From Spirochaetota bacterium (GTDB lineage Bacteria > Spirochaetota > UBA4802 > UBA5550), in NCBI GenBank assembly GCA_963663865.1, contig OY760686.1:1952001-2016000 (forward strand): a stretch of 64,000 nt of DNA, read 5' to 3'. The notes below the pieces were generated by a model, which was given only the letters and a program-made list of their open reading frames with translations, made no database searches and was not told the DNA's origin. A program made the position numbers and the translations under genes. Below are positions 9,372 to 19,198 of the stretch, piece by piece. Each line of letters starts with the position of its first letter. Position 1 is the first letter of the stretch.

Positions 9372-10460
9372 ATGACTGAAGGAAAAGAGCTTAAAAGGCA
9401 GCTGACAAACGTGCTCGTTACCGGCGGGGCCGGATTTATCGGATCAAACTTCATAAGGTATATGATGTCAAGAGACGACTTCGATGGCGGAATTATAAAT
9501 GTCGACAAGCTTACCTACGCGGGCAATCCGGCAAGCCTTGAGGACGTATCAGATAAGTTCGGCGGGACGCGCTACTTTTTTGAAAAGGCCGATATCTGCG
9601 ACGCGGAGGCGATGAAGGCCGTCTTCGAGAAATACAGCATCGACACTGTCGTGCACTTCGCCGCTGAGTCCCATGTAGACAGATCAATTCACGGGCCGGC
9701 CGAGTTCATATCAACAAACATCATGGGCACATTCACGCTTCTTGAAACATCAAGGGCCTTCTGGACCGGGAAAGAGGGAGTTCACTTTCACCACATAAGC
9801 ACCGATGAGGTCTATGGCTCGCTTGGTAATACAGGCTACTTTGAAGAGACCACCGCCTACGATCCAAGAAGCCCATATTCTGCATCCAAGGCCTCTTCGG
9901 ACCACCTTGTAAAGGCCTATCACCATACATACGGCCTCCCTGTGACTATTTCAAACTGCTCGAACAACTACGGACCGTATCAGTTCCCCGAAAAGCTCAT
10001 TCCGCTCATGATAAGCAACATGCTTGAAGGAAAGTCCCTTCCAATATACGGAGACGGTAAAAACATACGGGACTGGCTGCACGTCGACGATCACAACAGC
10101 GCCGTCTGGGCCATACTCAGGGGCGGTGTTAACGGCGAAACATACAATATCGGCGGAGAGAATGAGTGGGAAAACATCAAGCTGGTGAATTCACTCTGCG
10201 AAAAGCTTGCTGCTCAGACCGGTGAAAAACCCGAAACATACAAGAGCCTCATCACATACGTAAAAGACCGCTCCGGACACGACAGGCGTTACGCCATAGA
10301 CTGTTCAAAAATCAAACGGGATCTGGGCTGGAAGCAAAGCTACAGCTTCAGCGCCGGCCTTGATATGACGATAAGCTGGTATCTAAACAACCGCGAATGG
10401 TCCGATAACATCAAGTCGGGCGATTACCTCCAGTGGATTGAGAAGAACTACGGCAGGTGA
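9372..10460 (+). CDS. rfbB: dTDP-glucose 4,6-dehydratase
   Basis: VTGGAGFIGSNF, DKLTYAGN, HFAAESHVDRSI, STDEVYG, PYSASKA, CSNNYGPYQFPEKLIP. Confidence 0.97.
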   Translation: MTEGKELKRQLTNVLVTGGAGFIGSNFIRYMMSRDDFDGGIINVDKLTYAGNPASLEDVSDKFGGTRYFFEKADICDAEAMKAVFEKYSIDTVVHFAAESHVDRSIHGPAEFISTNIMGTFTLLETSRAFWTGKEGVHFHHISTDEVYGSLGNTGYFEETTAYDPRSPYSASKASSDHLVKAYHHTYGLPVTISNCSNNYGPYQFPEKLIPLMISNMLEGKSLPIYGDGKNIRDWLHVDDHNSAVWAILRGGVNGETYNIGGENEWENIKLVNSLCEKLAAQTGEKPETYKSLITYVKDRSGHDRRYAIDCSKIKRDLGWKQSYSFSAGLDMTISWYLNNREWSDNIKSGDYLQWIEKNYGR

Positions 10461-10830
10461 GCTTTACGCGGCCAAAACCCCTTCTAAGCACCCTTATAAG
10501 AATAAAGGCCGCTATGCCGGCGCTGTTGGCTGCAATGTCGCCAATCGAAGCCTCACGGTGCGGCAGGAAGTACTGAACCCCCTCAATGAGTACGCCCACC
10601 GCGAAGACAAGCGCCGTACCAGTGAAAATGCCATGACATCCTCCGTAACAGCGGAGGATGCTCATTGTAAAAAAAGTCATTCCATGGAGCAGCTTGTCTG
10701 ATAATTGCTTTTCTATCTCAAGAGAACCGGGTTTGAAAGCAAAAACCGCGGCTGTTATCACAGAAACCCAGAAGAAAGGGCCTGATGCCAGCTTTATCAG
10801 TCCCGCCGCCCTGTTTTGCCATTTACACAT
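10411..10830 (-). CDS. VanZ family membrane protein
   Basis: DKLLHG..FF and IEGVQYFLPHREASIGDIAANSAG; 3' end overlaps convergent rfbB. Confidence 0.82.
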   Translation of the reverse strand: MCKWQNRAAGLIKLASGPFFWVSVITAAVFAFKPGSLEIEKQLSDKLLHGMTFFTMSILRCYGGCHGIFTGTALVFAVGVLIEGVQYFLPHREASIGDIAANSAGIAAFILIRVLRRGFGRVKLTCRSSSQSTGGNRPT

Positions 10831-10984
10831 AAACGTTTAAACCTCGACTTAAAGATTGAGACAGCACCCAAAATTTCGTGTTGACAAATATCGGGTCCGG
10901 TATGATATACTTTTCTATTCAGGCGGACGCTTAAGCGCCAATATAAACGCCTGTATTCTCATTTTCAGGAACAAATACTATCTT

Positions 10985-11809
10985 ATGACACAGGAAAACT
11001 CTGAACCGGGGAGTCGAAAATCACTCATTAAAAGAATCAGAACCCACCTGAAGAACCTCAACTCCGGGAAAAGAAAGCCCGGCTATGACTCAAAAGACTA
11101 CGATAATCTGGACACAAGCCGTCAGAACATGATAAGGGGCGTTTTTGAGCTTCCTGATCACATCGCCAGAGACCTCATGATACCCAGGGTTGACATAGTG
11201 GCGATAGACTCAAAGATTGAGCTGAAACCCCTTGTCAAGAAAGTCTATGAGGCCGGGCATTCAAGGCTTCCCGTATATGACGACACCATTGACAATATAA
11301 TCGGCATCCTTTACGCCAAGGATCTGCTTAAAGTTCTGATAGACAAGCCCAAAAAGTTCAACATAAAAAAAATTGTCAGGGACGCCTATTACGTGCCCGA
11401 GACGATGCCCCTTGACGAGCTGCTGTTCGAGTTTCAGAAGCGGAAACACCACATGGCCATTGTCGTTGACGAATACGGCGGTGTTGGAGGCGTGCTGACT
11501 CTTGAGGATATTCTTGAGGAGATAGTCGGCGATATAGTCGATGAGTACGACTCGGAGATGGCGCCAGAATTTGTTGAACTGGGCAACGGCAGCTACGAGG
11601 TAGACTCGAGAATGACGCTCTACGATTTCAACGAGAAGCTTGGAGTGGAACTGCCGGTCGAAGACTTTGACACAATCGGAGGCTTCGTTTTCGATCTGTT
11701 CGGTAAAATCCCCAAGCTTAACGAACAGGCAGCGCACGGCAATATGACATTCAAGATAAACAAAATTAAAGGGACCGTTATAAACAGGATCGGCCTCAAA
11801 GTGGAATAG
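10985..11809 (+). CDS. corC: CBS-pair/CorC-HlyC domain protein (CorC/YbeX type, no transmembrane domain)
   Basis: MIPRVDIV, GHSRLPVY, AIVVDEYGG, TLEDILEEIVGDIVDEYD, DTIGGFV. Confidence 0.85.
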   Translation: MTQENSEPGSRKSLIKRIRTHLKNLNSGKRKPGYDSKDYDNLDTSRQNMIRGVFELPDHIARDLMIPRVDIVAIDSKIELKPLVKKVYEAGHSRLPVYDDTIDNIIGILYAKDLLKVLIDKPKKFNIKKIVRDAYYVPETMPLDELLFEFQKRKHHMAIVVDEYGGVGGVLTLEDILEEIVGDIVDEYDSEMAPEFVELGNGSYEVDSRMTLYDFNEKLGVELPVEDFDTIGGFVFDLFGKIPKLNEQAAHGNMTFKINKIKGTVINRIGLKVE

Positions 11810-11812
11810 AAG

Positions 11813-12547
11813 TTGAACGCTTCAAACGACAATCTAATTGTTCTAACATCGTCCATTACCGGAGAGGCCGATGTCATGGCTACCGCTCTGTGCCGTGACA
11901 GGGGCAAGGTCAGGCTTCTGTTCAAGGGACTGAAGAAAAGCCGGCGCCGTTCGCGTTCCGCAGGCGAACCCGGCTCGCTGCTCTCCGCTGTAAGCCGCAA
12001 AAGCCGCACCGGTAACTATTCCATAGTCAGCGATTTCTGCGTAAAAGGCAGCTGTGACGCCATCAGCAGGGACTACAGCAAGATAATGTGCATGCACTTC
12101 ATGCTTGAGCTTTCCGACAAGACAACGGCGGGAAGCGACCCGGACTGCCGGGTGTACGACCTGCTGCTTGCGGCCCTCTCAGCGCTGTCTGAAACCGAGC
12201 ACCCGGTCAGGCTGGCCTGCACCTTTACGGCCCATCTCATCAGGTCGCACGGGCTTCTCGGAGGACTCAACTGCCGGATATGCGGCTGCGAACCGGATAC
12301 GGGCTCAGTACTCGAAACCTCAAACCTGTCAATGCTGTGCGGCTCCTGCCGCGAGCCGGGCGGCCATTACGCGGGCAGAGGCATTCAGCAGTTTTTCAGG
12401 GACTGTCTTTCCGGAAAGTTCAGGGACCTGGACCAATGCCTTTACAGCGAAGAGGATGTCCGCAGGCTGCTCTTCTATCTGACCGAGTACATCGAACAAT
12501 ATTTTAATATAGTCGTGAAATCCAGGAAGCTTCTCTATTCCTGTTGA
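11813..12547 (+). CDS. recO: DNA repair protein RecO
   Basis: IVL....GEAD......RDRGKV...KG N-terminal OB pattern and CRICG...CGSC zinc finger. Confidence 0.87.
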   Translation: MNASNDNLIVLTSSITGEADVMATALCRDRGKVRLLFKGLKKSRRRSRSAGEPGSLLSAVSRKSRTGNYSIVSDFCVKGSCDAISRDYSKIMCMHFMLELSDKTTAGSDPDCRVYDLLLAALSALSETEHPVRLACTFTAHLIRSHGLLGGLNCRICGCEPDTGSVLETSNLSMLCGSCREPGGHYAGRGIQQFFRDCLSGKFRDLDQCLYSEEDVRRLLFYLTEYIEQYFNIVVKSRKLLYSC

Positions 12548-12569
12548 TTTTTGGCGGGGGGATAAAGCT

Positions 12570-12764
12570 CTATCTGCTTCTTTGCTTCTTTGCCGGCGTC
12601 TGACTTTTTTCAAAGTCGTTTTTCTCGATGATGTACGACAGCTTGAGCGACTCGTAGTTTACTATAGTCTGTGCATCCGCCCTGCTCTCCTTGAGATACA
12701 GGATGATCTCGTCCAACTGCCTCAGCTTCTCAATATACTCTCTTAGACATCTGAATCTGTACAT
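12570..12764 (-). CDS. small hypothetical protein (64 aa, MYRFRCLREYIEKL...)
   Basis: GAGGA RBS before ATG at 12764; directly downstream of a sigma-28 consensus promoter. Confidence 0.65.
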   Translation of the reverse strand: MYRFRCLREYIEKLRQLDEIILYLKESRADAQTIVNYESLKLSYIIEKNDFEKSQTPAKKQRSR

Positions 12765-12797
12765 TTCAATCCTCGTGTCAATATTTGATAATAGCAA

Positions 12798-12824
12798 TTA
12801 TCGGCCGAACAAATATATCCTTTA
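12798..12824 (-). promoter_or_regulatory. sigma-28 (FliA/SigD) promoter
   Basis: Minus strand TAAA-ggatatatttgttcg(15 nt)-GCCGATAA, an exact match to TAAA-N15-GCCGATAA. Confidence 0.78.
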
Positions 12825-13089
12825 GGCTTAATTCCGCTATTTCCGAACGAACAATGGGTCAATCTGCAACACACAACATAGCCATTAAACGTCTACGTTT
12901 GAATATTTTTAAATATTTTTAATAATTAAGCTCAAACCTGGCAAGTATGAACAAATCGTGTACCTATAAGCCGGTTTTTAGCAAACTTGTTTCTATTAAT
13001 AATTGACTTGATTGTTATAATAACGGATTATAATTTCAGAACCGGTAATTACTCTTCAGGTTTAAGATATTTCCAGGGATGAGGCTATC

Positions 13090-14217
13090 GTGAAATTAAA
13101 CTTTTCAGCAAGGTTCTCGGTGCACACAGCCGCGGTGTTGTCGGTATTTATTATCCTGGTAGCGGCCGTCTTTACCTTTTCTCAGAGGAATTTTTCAGGC
13201 CTTTTCACCTCGTGCGTAAACTATGCCGAACAGCAGAGATTAAAGGCCGTAGCCTCATCAATATCTGACATGCCCGGTGTATCGGACAGCGCAGGCATGA
13301 GGCCGCTAATGCAAAAACTACGCGATATTCTTTCAGGCGACAGCCGCATTCTGAACTTCATTGTCTACTCTAAGACCGCCGACGACAGCTACTTCAGGGC
13401 CGTCGATTCAGCTGATTCAAGCGCAGTTCCCGGCCCCGAGCTTAACTCGGCTATCCGTGACACAGATGGGCAGTTTCGTAAAGGAATGCTTGAAATCACT
13501 CCTGATACGACTATATTCGGCAAAGATGGAAAGTACTGGAACAACACGGCAATGCCCGTTAAAATCGGCGGCCGTGAACATGTCCTGCAGCTTGTAACCG
13601 CCGCCCCGCCTGAAAATCCGTTCAGTACTGAATTCAATACAAAAAGCAGGCTTTATATAAGCATTATATCTATAGCGGCTTTTATTTCAATAATTACGCT
13701 CTACGTGATGACGTGGATATTCAACAGACGTTTTTCCATATTCATCAGGGGGCTTTCGGAGCATCTTAGCAGAGCCGCTTCGGGAAGCCTCGAGGTTTCA
13801 ATGAGGAACGACGCGGCAGACGAAGAGATTGCAGGGCTCGCTTCATCCTTCAACAGACTGATGGAAACATTGAAATCGTCGGGAGATGCCGCACTCCCTG
13901 AAGCCAAATCCCCGGATGAAATGAGCGGCAGCCAGTCCTATGTTGACCGCCTATTTGCCGACGGCGTGAGTTTCATGAAAGAACAGCACTTTGACAGGGC
14001 CATTGATGTTTTTTCAGCAGTGAGGGCCCTTCGTGTTGACAGCTTCGGAGCGTATTATAATCTCGGCGTCGCGTTCGCGAGGACCGGGCAGTTTGATAAA
14101 TCGCTCGAAAACTTCAATGAGGCGCTGGCTTTGAACCCTGCGAACAGAGATCTTCCGGAGTATATCGCTAAAGTTGAACGAATTATCGAAAAAAGCGCTC
14201 TTCGATCCGGCAGTTAA
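13090..14217 (+). CDS. membrane protein: two TM helices, periplasmic domain, HAMP, C-terminal TPR
   Basis: IRGLSEHLSRAASGSL...DEEIAGLASSFNRLMETL HAMP; AYYNLGVAFARTGQFDKSLENFNEALALNP TPR. Confidence 0.78.
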   Translation: MKLNFSARFSVHTAAVLSVFIILVAAVFTFSQRNFSGLFTSCVNYAEQQRLKAVASSISDMPGVSDSAGMRPLMQKLRDILSGDSRILNFIVYSKTADDSYFRAVDSADSSAVPGPELNSAIRDTDGQFRKGMLEITPDTTIFGKDGKYWNNTAMPVKIGGREHVLQLVTAAPPENPFSTEFNTKSRLYISIISIAAFISIITLYVMTWIFNRRFSIFIRGLSEHLSRAASGSLEVSMRNDAADEEIAGLASSFNRLMETLKSSGDAALPEAKSPDEMSGSQSYVDRLFADGVSFMKEQHFDRAIDVFSAVRALRVDSFGAYYNLGVAFARTGQFDKSLENFNEALALNPANRDLPEYIAKVERIIEKSALRSGS

Positions 14218-16000
14218 AAAGAAAGCCGCGTCATTTCCGGAGGAACCCGGCGTCTACCTGATGAAGGACTCATCCGGCGAGATAATCTACGTCGGCAAGG
14301 CAACATCGCTGAAAAAGAGAGTGCTGTCGTACTTCCGTAAAAACAACCAGGACGCGAAGACCTCAATACTCGTAAGCAGAATTGCGGACATTGACTTCAT
14401 CATCACCTCTTCCGAAATTGAAGCACTTCTGCTTGAGAACAACCTCATCAAAAAACACAGGCCGCGATTTAACGTCCGCCTTAAAGACGATAAAAGATAT
14501 CCATTTATAGGCGTCACGCTCGACGAGGATTATCCGCGTCTTGTTTACACGCGCCGGGTTTTCGGTAAAACAAACAGGTTCTTCGGACCTTATGTCGACG
14601 CCAGAGCGGCTAAAAACATGATTGAGCTCATCAATACAGTTTTCAAGCTGAAGACCTGCCGGCGGGATCTTCCGCTCAGGAGTGGTGAACGCCCGTGCAT
14701 CAACCACCAGATACAGAAGTGCTCAGGTGTCTGCACTGGGCTTATATCCGCCGATGAATACAGGTCCATAATCTCTAACGCGGTAAAATTTCTGGAGGGC
14801 GGCACGGGTGCCATTATCGAAGACCTCAATTCGAAGATGAAGTCATACTCGGAAAGAATGGAATACGAGAAGGCTGCTTCAATCAGGGATATTATCCAGG
14901 ACATTCAGGCGGTAAACGAAACACAGCGGGTGGAAACAAACATAACAGGCGACATCGACTACATTGAAGCGCTTCCGGAAGGCGATGAACTCATCGCTGT
15001 TATATTTGAGTTCAGAGGCGGCAATCTGCTCGGAAGGAAGATATCGGTCTTCGAGAACGCGTCATTGGCCGAGGTAAGCGACGTCATGCGGCTCTTCATG
15101 CTTGACTACTACGGTAAAGGCGATGTTCCCGGAAGGATTGTCACGAGCAGGCCTGTCGCCGACCGTGTAATCATAGAGAGCTTTCTCACAGAGAGATCCT
15201 CGCGAAGGGTGAGAATATCGCCCCCGGTATCGGCAAACGACCGCGGCGTATCGGAGATGGTAATCAAAAACGCGAAGCAGATTCTTGCCGACAGAAAGGC
15301 GAACAGCTCTGAAGGCAATTATCCGGCGGCCGCCGCTGAGCTTATGGAGGTACTGGGCCTCGACAGGCCGCCCGTTGAGATTGTCTGCTTTGACATTTCC
15401 AATCTTCAGGGAACAAACTCTGTGGCTTCCATGTCATGCTTCAGAGACGGAAAGCCATTTAAAAGCGGCTACAGGCGCTTTAAAATAAGGGGATACGAGG
15501 GGGCAAATGACCCCGGCATGATTCACGAGGCCGTGTCAAGGCGTGTCCAGCATCTTGTGAATGAAGATATTGAGCCGCCGGATATCATGGTGATTGACGG
15601 CGGCATTACACAGCTCACAAGGGCCCTTGAGGCCGTCAGCAATTTCGACATCAACATCAAGGTAATTTCCATAGCAAAGCGCTTTGAAGAGCTGTATTAT
15701 GACCCTGCTGAAGAGCCTATCCGGCTGCCGGAATCGTCCCCTGCCCTTCGAGTCATTCAGATGGTACGCGACGAGGCGCACAGGTTCGCCATAACCTACC
15801 ACCGCAAGCTCAGGGCGAAGGCATTCACCAGCTCAGAGCTCGACTCTATTCCCGGCATCACCGAGAATAAAAAAGGGCTTCTTTTCGGCAGCTTTCACTC
15901 AGTCGAGGCAATAAAGAACGCCGAACTCGACGAACTGCTGAATGTCAAAGGGCTTGGCAAGGCAGTCGCCGAAGCGGTTTACAGATTCTTTAACGGTTGA
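14174..16000 (+). CDS. uvrC: excinuclease ABC subunit C
   Basis: PGVYLMKD..IIYVGKA GIY-YIG, EALLLENNLIK, CFDISN, IDGG, RDEAHRFAITYHR, C-terminal HhH. Confidence 0.97.
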   Translation: MNELSKKALFDPAVKKKAASFPEEPGVYLMKDSSGEIIYVGKATSLKKRVLSYFRKNNQDAKTSILVSRIADIDFIITSSEIEALLLENNLIKKHRPRFNVRLKDDKRYPFIGVTLDEDYPRLVYTRRVFGKTNRFFGPYVDARAAKNMIELINTVFKLKTCRRDLPLRSGERPCINHQIQKCSGVCTGLISADEYRSIISNAVKFLEGGTGAIIEDLNSKMKSYSERMEYEKAASIRDIIQDIQAVNETQRVETNITGDIDYIEALPEGDELIAVIFEFRGGNLLGRKISVFENASLAEVSDVMRLFMLDYYGKGDVPGRIVTSRPVADRVIIESFLTERSSRRVRISPPVSANDRGVSEMVIKNAKQILADRKANSSEGNYPAAAAELMEVLGLDRPPVEIVCFDISNLQGTNSVASMSCFRDGKPFKSGYRRFKIRGYEGANDPGMIHEAVSRRVQHLVNEDIEPPDIMVIDGGITQLTRALEAVSNFDINIKVISIAKRFEELYYDPAEEPIRLPESSPALRVIQMVRDEAHRFAITYHRKLRAKAFTSSELDSIPGITENKKGLLFGSFHSVEAIKNAELDELLNVKGLGKAVAEAVYRFFNG

Positions 16001-16074
16001 CTAAAATTTCTCCCCTCACTCGAATTTTTCTTTACATACTCAACATATAATTATTATTGGAGATATAGTTTGGA

Positions 16075-16148
16075 CGGGGTGTGGCGCAGTCAGGTAGCGC
16101 ACATGACTGGGGGTCATGTGGTCGCTGGTTCAAATCCAGTCACCCCGA
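16075..16148 (+). tRNA. tRNA-Pro(GGG)
   Basis: Acceptor CGGGGTG/CACCCCG, anticodon arm CATGA-CTGGGGG-TCATG, T-loop GGTTCAAATCC; CCA not encoded. Confidence 0.97.
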
Positions 16149-16152
16149 ATTT

Positions 16153-16179
16153 AAGCCCTGAGATGATCAGGGCTTTTTT
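16153..16179 (+). terminator. intrinsic terminator after tRNA-Pro
   Basis: AAGCCCTGA-gatga-TCAGGGCTT followed by T run. Confidence 0.75.
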
Positions 16180-16453
16180 AATGTCAAATGGCAGAAATCT
16201 TCGGCATTTAAATCTTCCTGAAAATAAACTTCCAACCCGTTCAGCATCTTAATTATTCGTCCATCACTCTTCCATCTTTAAGTATATAACGAATATACAA
16301 TTCAGCCTGTCTGATTTTTTAACTTCAATTGCGAATATCATTTGATTTTTATATGCTTTTGCTGGTGAAATATTTGATGAGGGTTTTGTGGAGATAAAGT
16401 ATGCAGTATGTGTCATTAAAGACTCAATATTATGAGTAAGAGGAAAAATACGT

Positions 16454-17311
16454 ATGCCATATATTCATTTTGGCCGCATTGGTGATATTTGGAAACATTT
16501 ACCTTTAGCAGAATATTTAGCTACTGTCAGACCCAATAAATATGTTGAATCGAATTCTGCATCATCTATGTATTTATTATCAAATACACCTGAACAGGAA
16601 TATGGGATTTATCATTTTTGGAATAATTGTCATAAGGCTGATTATCTAAAACAAACAGCGTACTATTTAATGATGAAAAATTTTAACCCTGGTAATATAA
16701 CCACATATCCAGGTTCATCAGCAATCGCACTAAATTTACTAAAGAATATCGATTGTATTTTTTATTTTTATGATATTGAAAAAGACTCAATTAACAACAT
16801 TGAAAAATATACAACACAATCAGGACTAAAAAAAAGAAGCCATTTTTATATTACAGATTCAATAAATGGAATTCATAAACAGCTTGATGAATTTAACGAT
16901 CAAACTTTTATCCATTTTGACCCATATGATGCTTTTACTCCAAATTCTAAGGGAATATCGTACTTGGATTTGTTTTTTGAAGCAAAGAATAAAGGAATTA
17001 TGGCAATGCTATGGTATGGTTTCATGACAACAAATGACAAAAAAGATATATATAGCTTGATTAAGAAAAAATTAAACTATAACAACAAAGAGAGATTATC
17101 CTGTGTTGAAGTATTTTTAAGCAGTATTCAAGAGAATTCAGTGCTGGTCAATCCCGGTGTAGTCGGTTCTGGTGTAATTACATGCAATCTTCCAAGTAAA
17201 TTAATTGAAAAAACATATTGTATGGCAAATGAATTGAAAATGATTTATAAAGATTCTTTTGTATTTGATAAATATAAGGGCGATATAGAGGTGGAATTAA
17301 TAGACTATTAG
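16454..17311 (+). CDS. RlmJ-like (23S rRNA m6A2030 family) methyltransferase
   Basis: YIHFGRIGDIWKHLPL (cf. HAGNxADVxKH), YPGS, FIHFDPY, LWY; AT-rich. Confidence 0.7.
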   Translation: MPYIHFGRIGDIWKHLPLAEYLATVRPNKYVESNSASSMYLLSNTPEQEYGIYHFWNNCHKADYLKQTAYYLMMKNFNPGNITTYPGSSAIALNLLKNIDCIFYFYDIEKDSINNIEKYTTQSGLKKRSHFYITDSINGIHKQLDEFNDQTFIHFDPYDAFTPNSKGISYLDLFFEAKNKGIMAMLWYGFMTTNDKKDIYSLIKKKLNYNNKERLSCVEVFLSSIQENSVLVNPGVVGSGVITCNLPSKLIEKTYCMANELKMIYKDSFVFDKYKGDIEVELIDY

Positions 17312-17377
17312 ACTCGGGCCGTGTGAGTATTGGGTCCTTCGCGAAACCACGAAGGATTAGATATCAATTCAGTCTTT

Positions 17378-17426
17378 AAATATACTTGCAAATATACTTG
17401 ACATGCATCTCTTTCTTTATTATTGT
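17378..17426 (+). promoter_or_regulatory. sigma-70 promoter of vapBC with tandem direct repeat
   Basis: TTGACA(17398)-17 nt-TATTGT(17421); AAATATACTTG repeated at 17378 and 17390. Confidence 0.5.
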
Positions 17427-17444
17427 TACATCAAGAGGTTTCTT

Positions 17445-17672
17445 ATGCCACAGATATCATTATATATCGACAAAGATACTTTATCCAGGATAGAAAAGGC
17501 TGCGGCCAAAGAACGTATTTCAATCTCAAAATGGGTAGGCAGAAATATTAAAAAAGCGATGAAGGAAGACTATCCGCATGGATATTTTGATTTATTCGGC
17601 ACCATTACGGATAATTCATTTGAGATTGAGAATTTATCATTTGACCATGATTCCAAAAGAGAAAGCTTGTGA
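17445..17672 (+). CDS. type II antitoxin, RHH-like (VapB role)
   Basis: MPQISLYIDKDTL..IEKAA....ISISKWV ribbon-helix-helix pattern; overlaps the PIN toxin gene. Confidence 0.78.
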   Translation: MPQISLYIDKDTLSRIEKAAAKERISISKWVGRNIKKAMKEDYPHGYFDLFGTITDNSFEIENLSFDHDSKRESL

Positions 17673-18073
17673 AGTTTTATCTTGATTCAAATATCTGTGT
17701 ATATTTCCTTAATGGATTATATCCTTCAATACTGGAAAATTTGCAAAATACGAATCCGGATAATATAAAAATTCCTTCAATTGTAAAAGCTGAGCTGCTT
17801 TATGGCGCTGAAAAAAGTCAGCATAAAGCAAAAAATTTAGCTGCCGTCAACCGATTTCTTGAACCTTTTGAAGTTACCCCATTTGATGATGATTGTTCAA
17901 TTGCCTATTCAAAAATTCGTTCAGCTATGGAATTGAAAGGAACAATTATTGGCCCGAATGATTATATAATCGCTTCGACAGTTTTAGCAAAAAATGGAAT
18001 ACTGGTGACGAATAATACAAAAGAATTTAAGAAAGTAAAAAATCTAAAAATTGAAAATTGGACTGTTAAATAA
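17669..18073 (+). CDS. vapC: VapC PIN-domain toxin
   Basis: YLDSNIC, AELLYGA, IGPNDYIIA, LVTNNTKEF. Confidence 0.92.
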   Translation: MKFYLDSNICVYFLNGLYPSILENLQNTNPDNIKIPSIVKAELLYGAEKSQHKAKNLAAVNRFLEPFEVTPFDDDCSIAYSKIRSAMELKGTIIGPNDYIIASTVLAKNGILVTNNTKEFKKVKNLKIENWTVK

Positions 18074-18208
18074 CCGTTTCCTGGCTGTAAAATACATGAA
18101 AGTCTGGAATTGAGTCCATTGCCTGTTGTGTACCCTGATTTTCCTCCGAAGCTGTATTCCCTCCGTGTCAAGTTTAATATCATTATATGCTTGTAGTTTA
18201 GGCGCCCA

Positions 18209-18877
18209 TTAAGGTTTTTCATAATATATTTTTTTAAACGTCTGGCGGCTTCCTACATCGACACTGATCTTAATCTCGAATCTATTATCTGAGACCTTTT
18301 TCACTGATTCAACCCAAAACCCGGCAGGTTTTGTAAGGATATCGTACTCCTTACCCATAACATACAGGCGTGTTTTACCTCCCATATGCCACCGCTCTCT
18401 GAACTTGCCGTCCCGAACTGCCTTGAAAGTCCAGATTTCATCATCACAAAAGAATTCCACTTTCCTTGTCACATTGGTGAAAGGACCGTACTCTTTTCCG
18501 TTAATTACGAAATAATACTTCTGGTCGCTTGTCTGATCATCTCCCTTAAAAGCCATAAAGTAAAAAAAACGGCCGCCCGGAGAAAAACCAGCGATACGGT
18601 AATTTATATAATCATATGGTCCATAGCCATCTTTATTGCCTGCATTTGTATGGACGCGATAAGTGCTTTTATTTGAATCATCTTTGTTTTCACTTATGAA
18701 AAGCCATTTATCTTTGTTTTTCGCAAGATCGCTGACCCAGAAGAATGGCCCAAACTTTTCCCCGTTAAGATTGTACCACCATTTACCGTCAGCCTTGAAT
18801 GGAAGATCTGTTCTTCGCTGAGAAGCCGCCGGTACAATCAAAGTCAATATCAAGAAAATCACCAATAGATTTTTCAT
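18209..18877 (-). CDS. exported hypothetical protein with repeated (N/D)GxxxGP(F/Y) motifs
   Basis: Signal peptide MKNLLVIFLILTLIVPA; NGEKFGPF, DGYGPY, NGKEYGPF. Confidence 0.7.
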   Translation of the reverse strand: MKNLLVIFLILTLIVPAASQRRTDLPFKADGKWWYNLNGEKFGPFFWVSDLAKNKDKWLFISENKDDSNKSTYRVHTNAGNKDGYGPYDYINYRIAGFSPGGRFFYFMAFKGDDQTSDQKYYFVINGKEYGPFTNVTRKVEFFCDDEIWTFKAVRDGKFRERWHMGGKTRLYVMGKEYDILTKPAGFWVESVKKVSDNRFEIKISVDVGSRQTFKKIYYEKP

Positions 18878-19198
18878 GGAATGCGCCCTATCCCTTTTGT
18901 AAATATGCAATTGAGTCATCTTCACTTCAAAAAAATAAAAGTGTCTTTTCAAAATTGACTTTATATCATAGATAATTTACCAGGTCAATTTTAAAATTTC
19001 GTGCACAATGATATCTATACATTTCGTCAATCATATCATAGATTTAACAAGTATTCAAGCTCTTTCTTGCAGCATATCAACAAACCTAAGCCATAAATGT
19101 TAATATATTTTTTAATATCATATAATTTATTATTGTTTTTATCAAACGATATTTAAATTATGACATTAACAAAATATTGATTTTTACAAGGCGTATAA

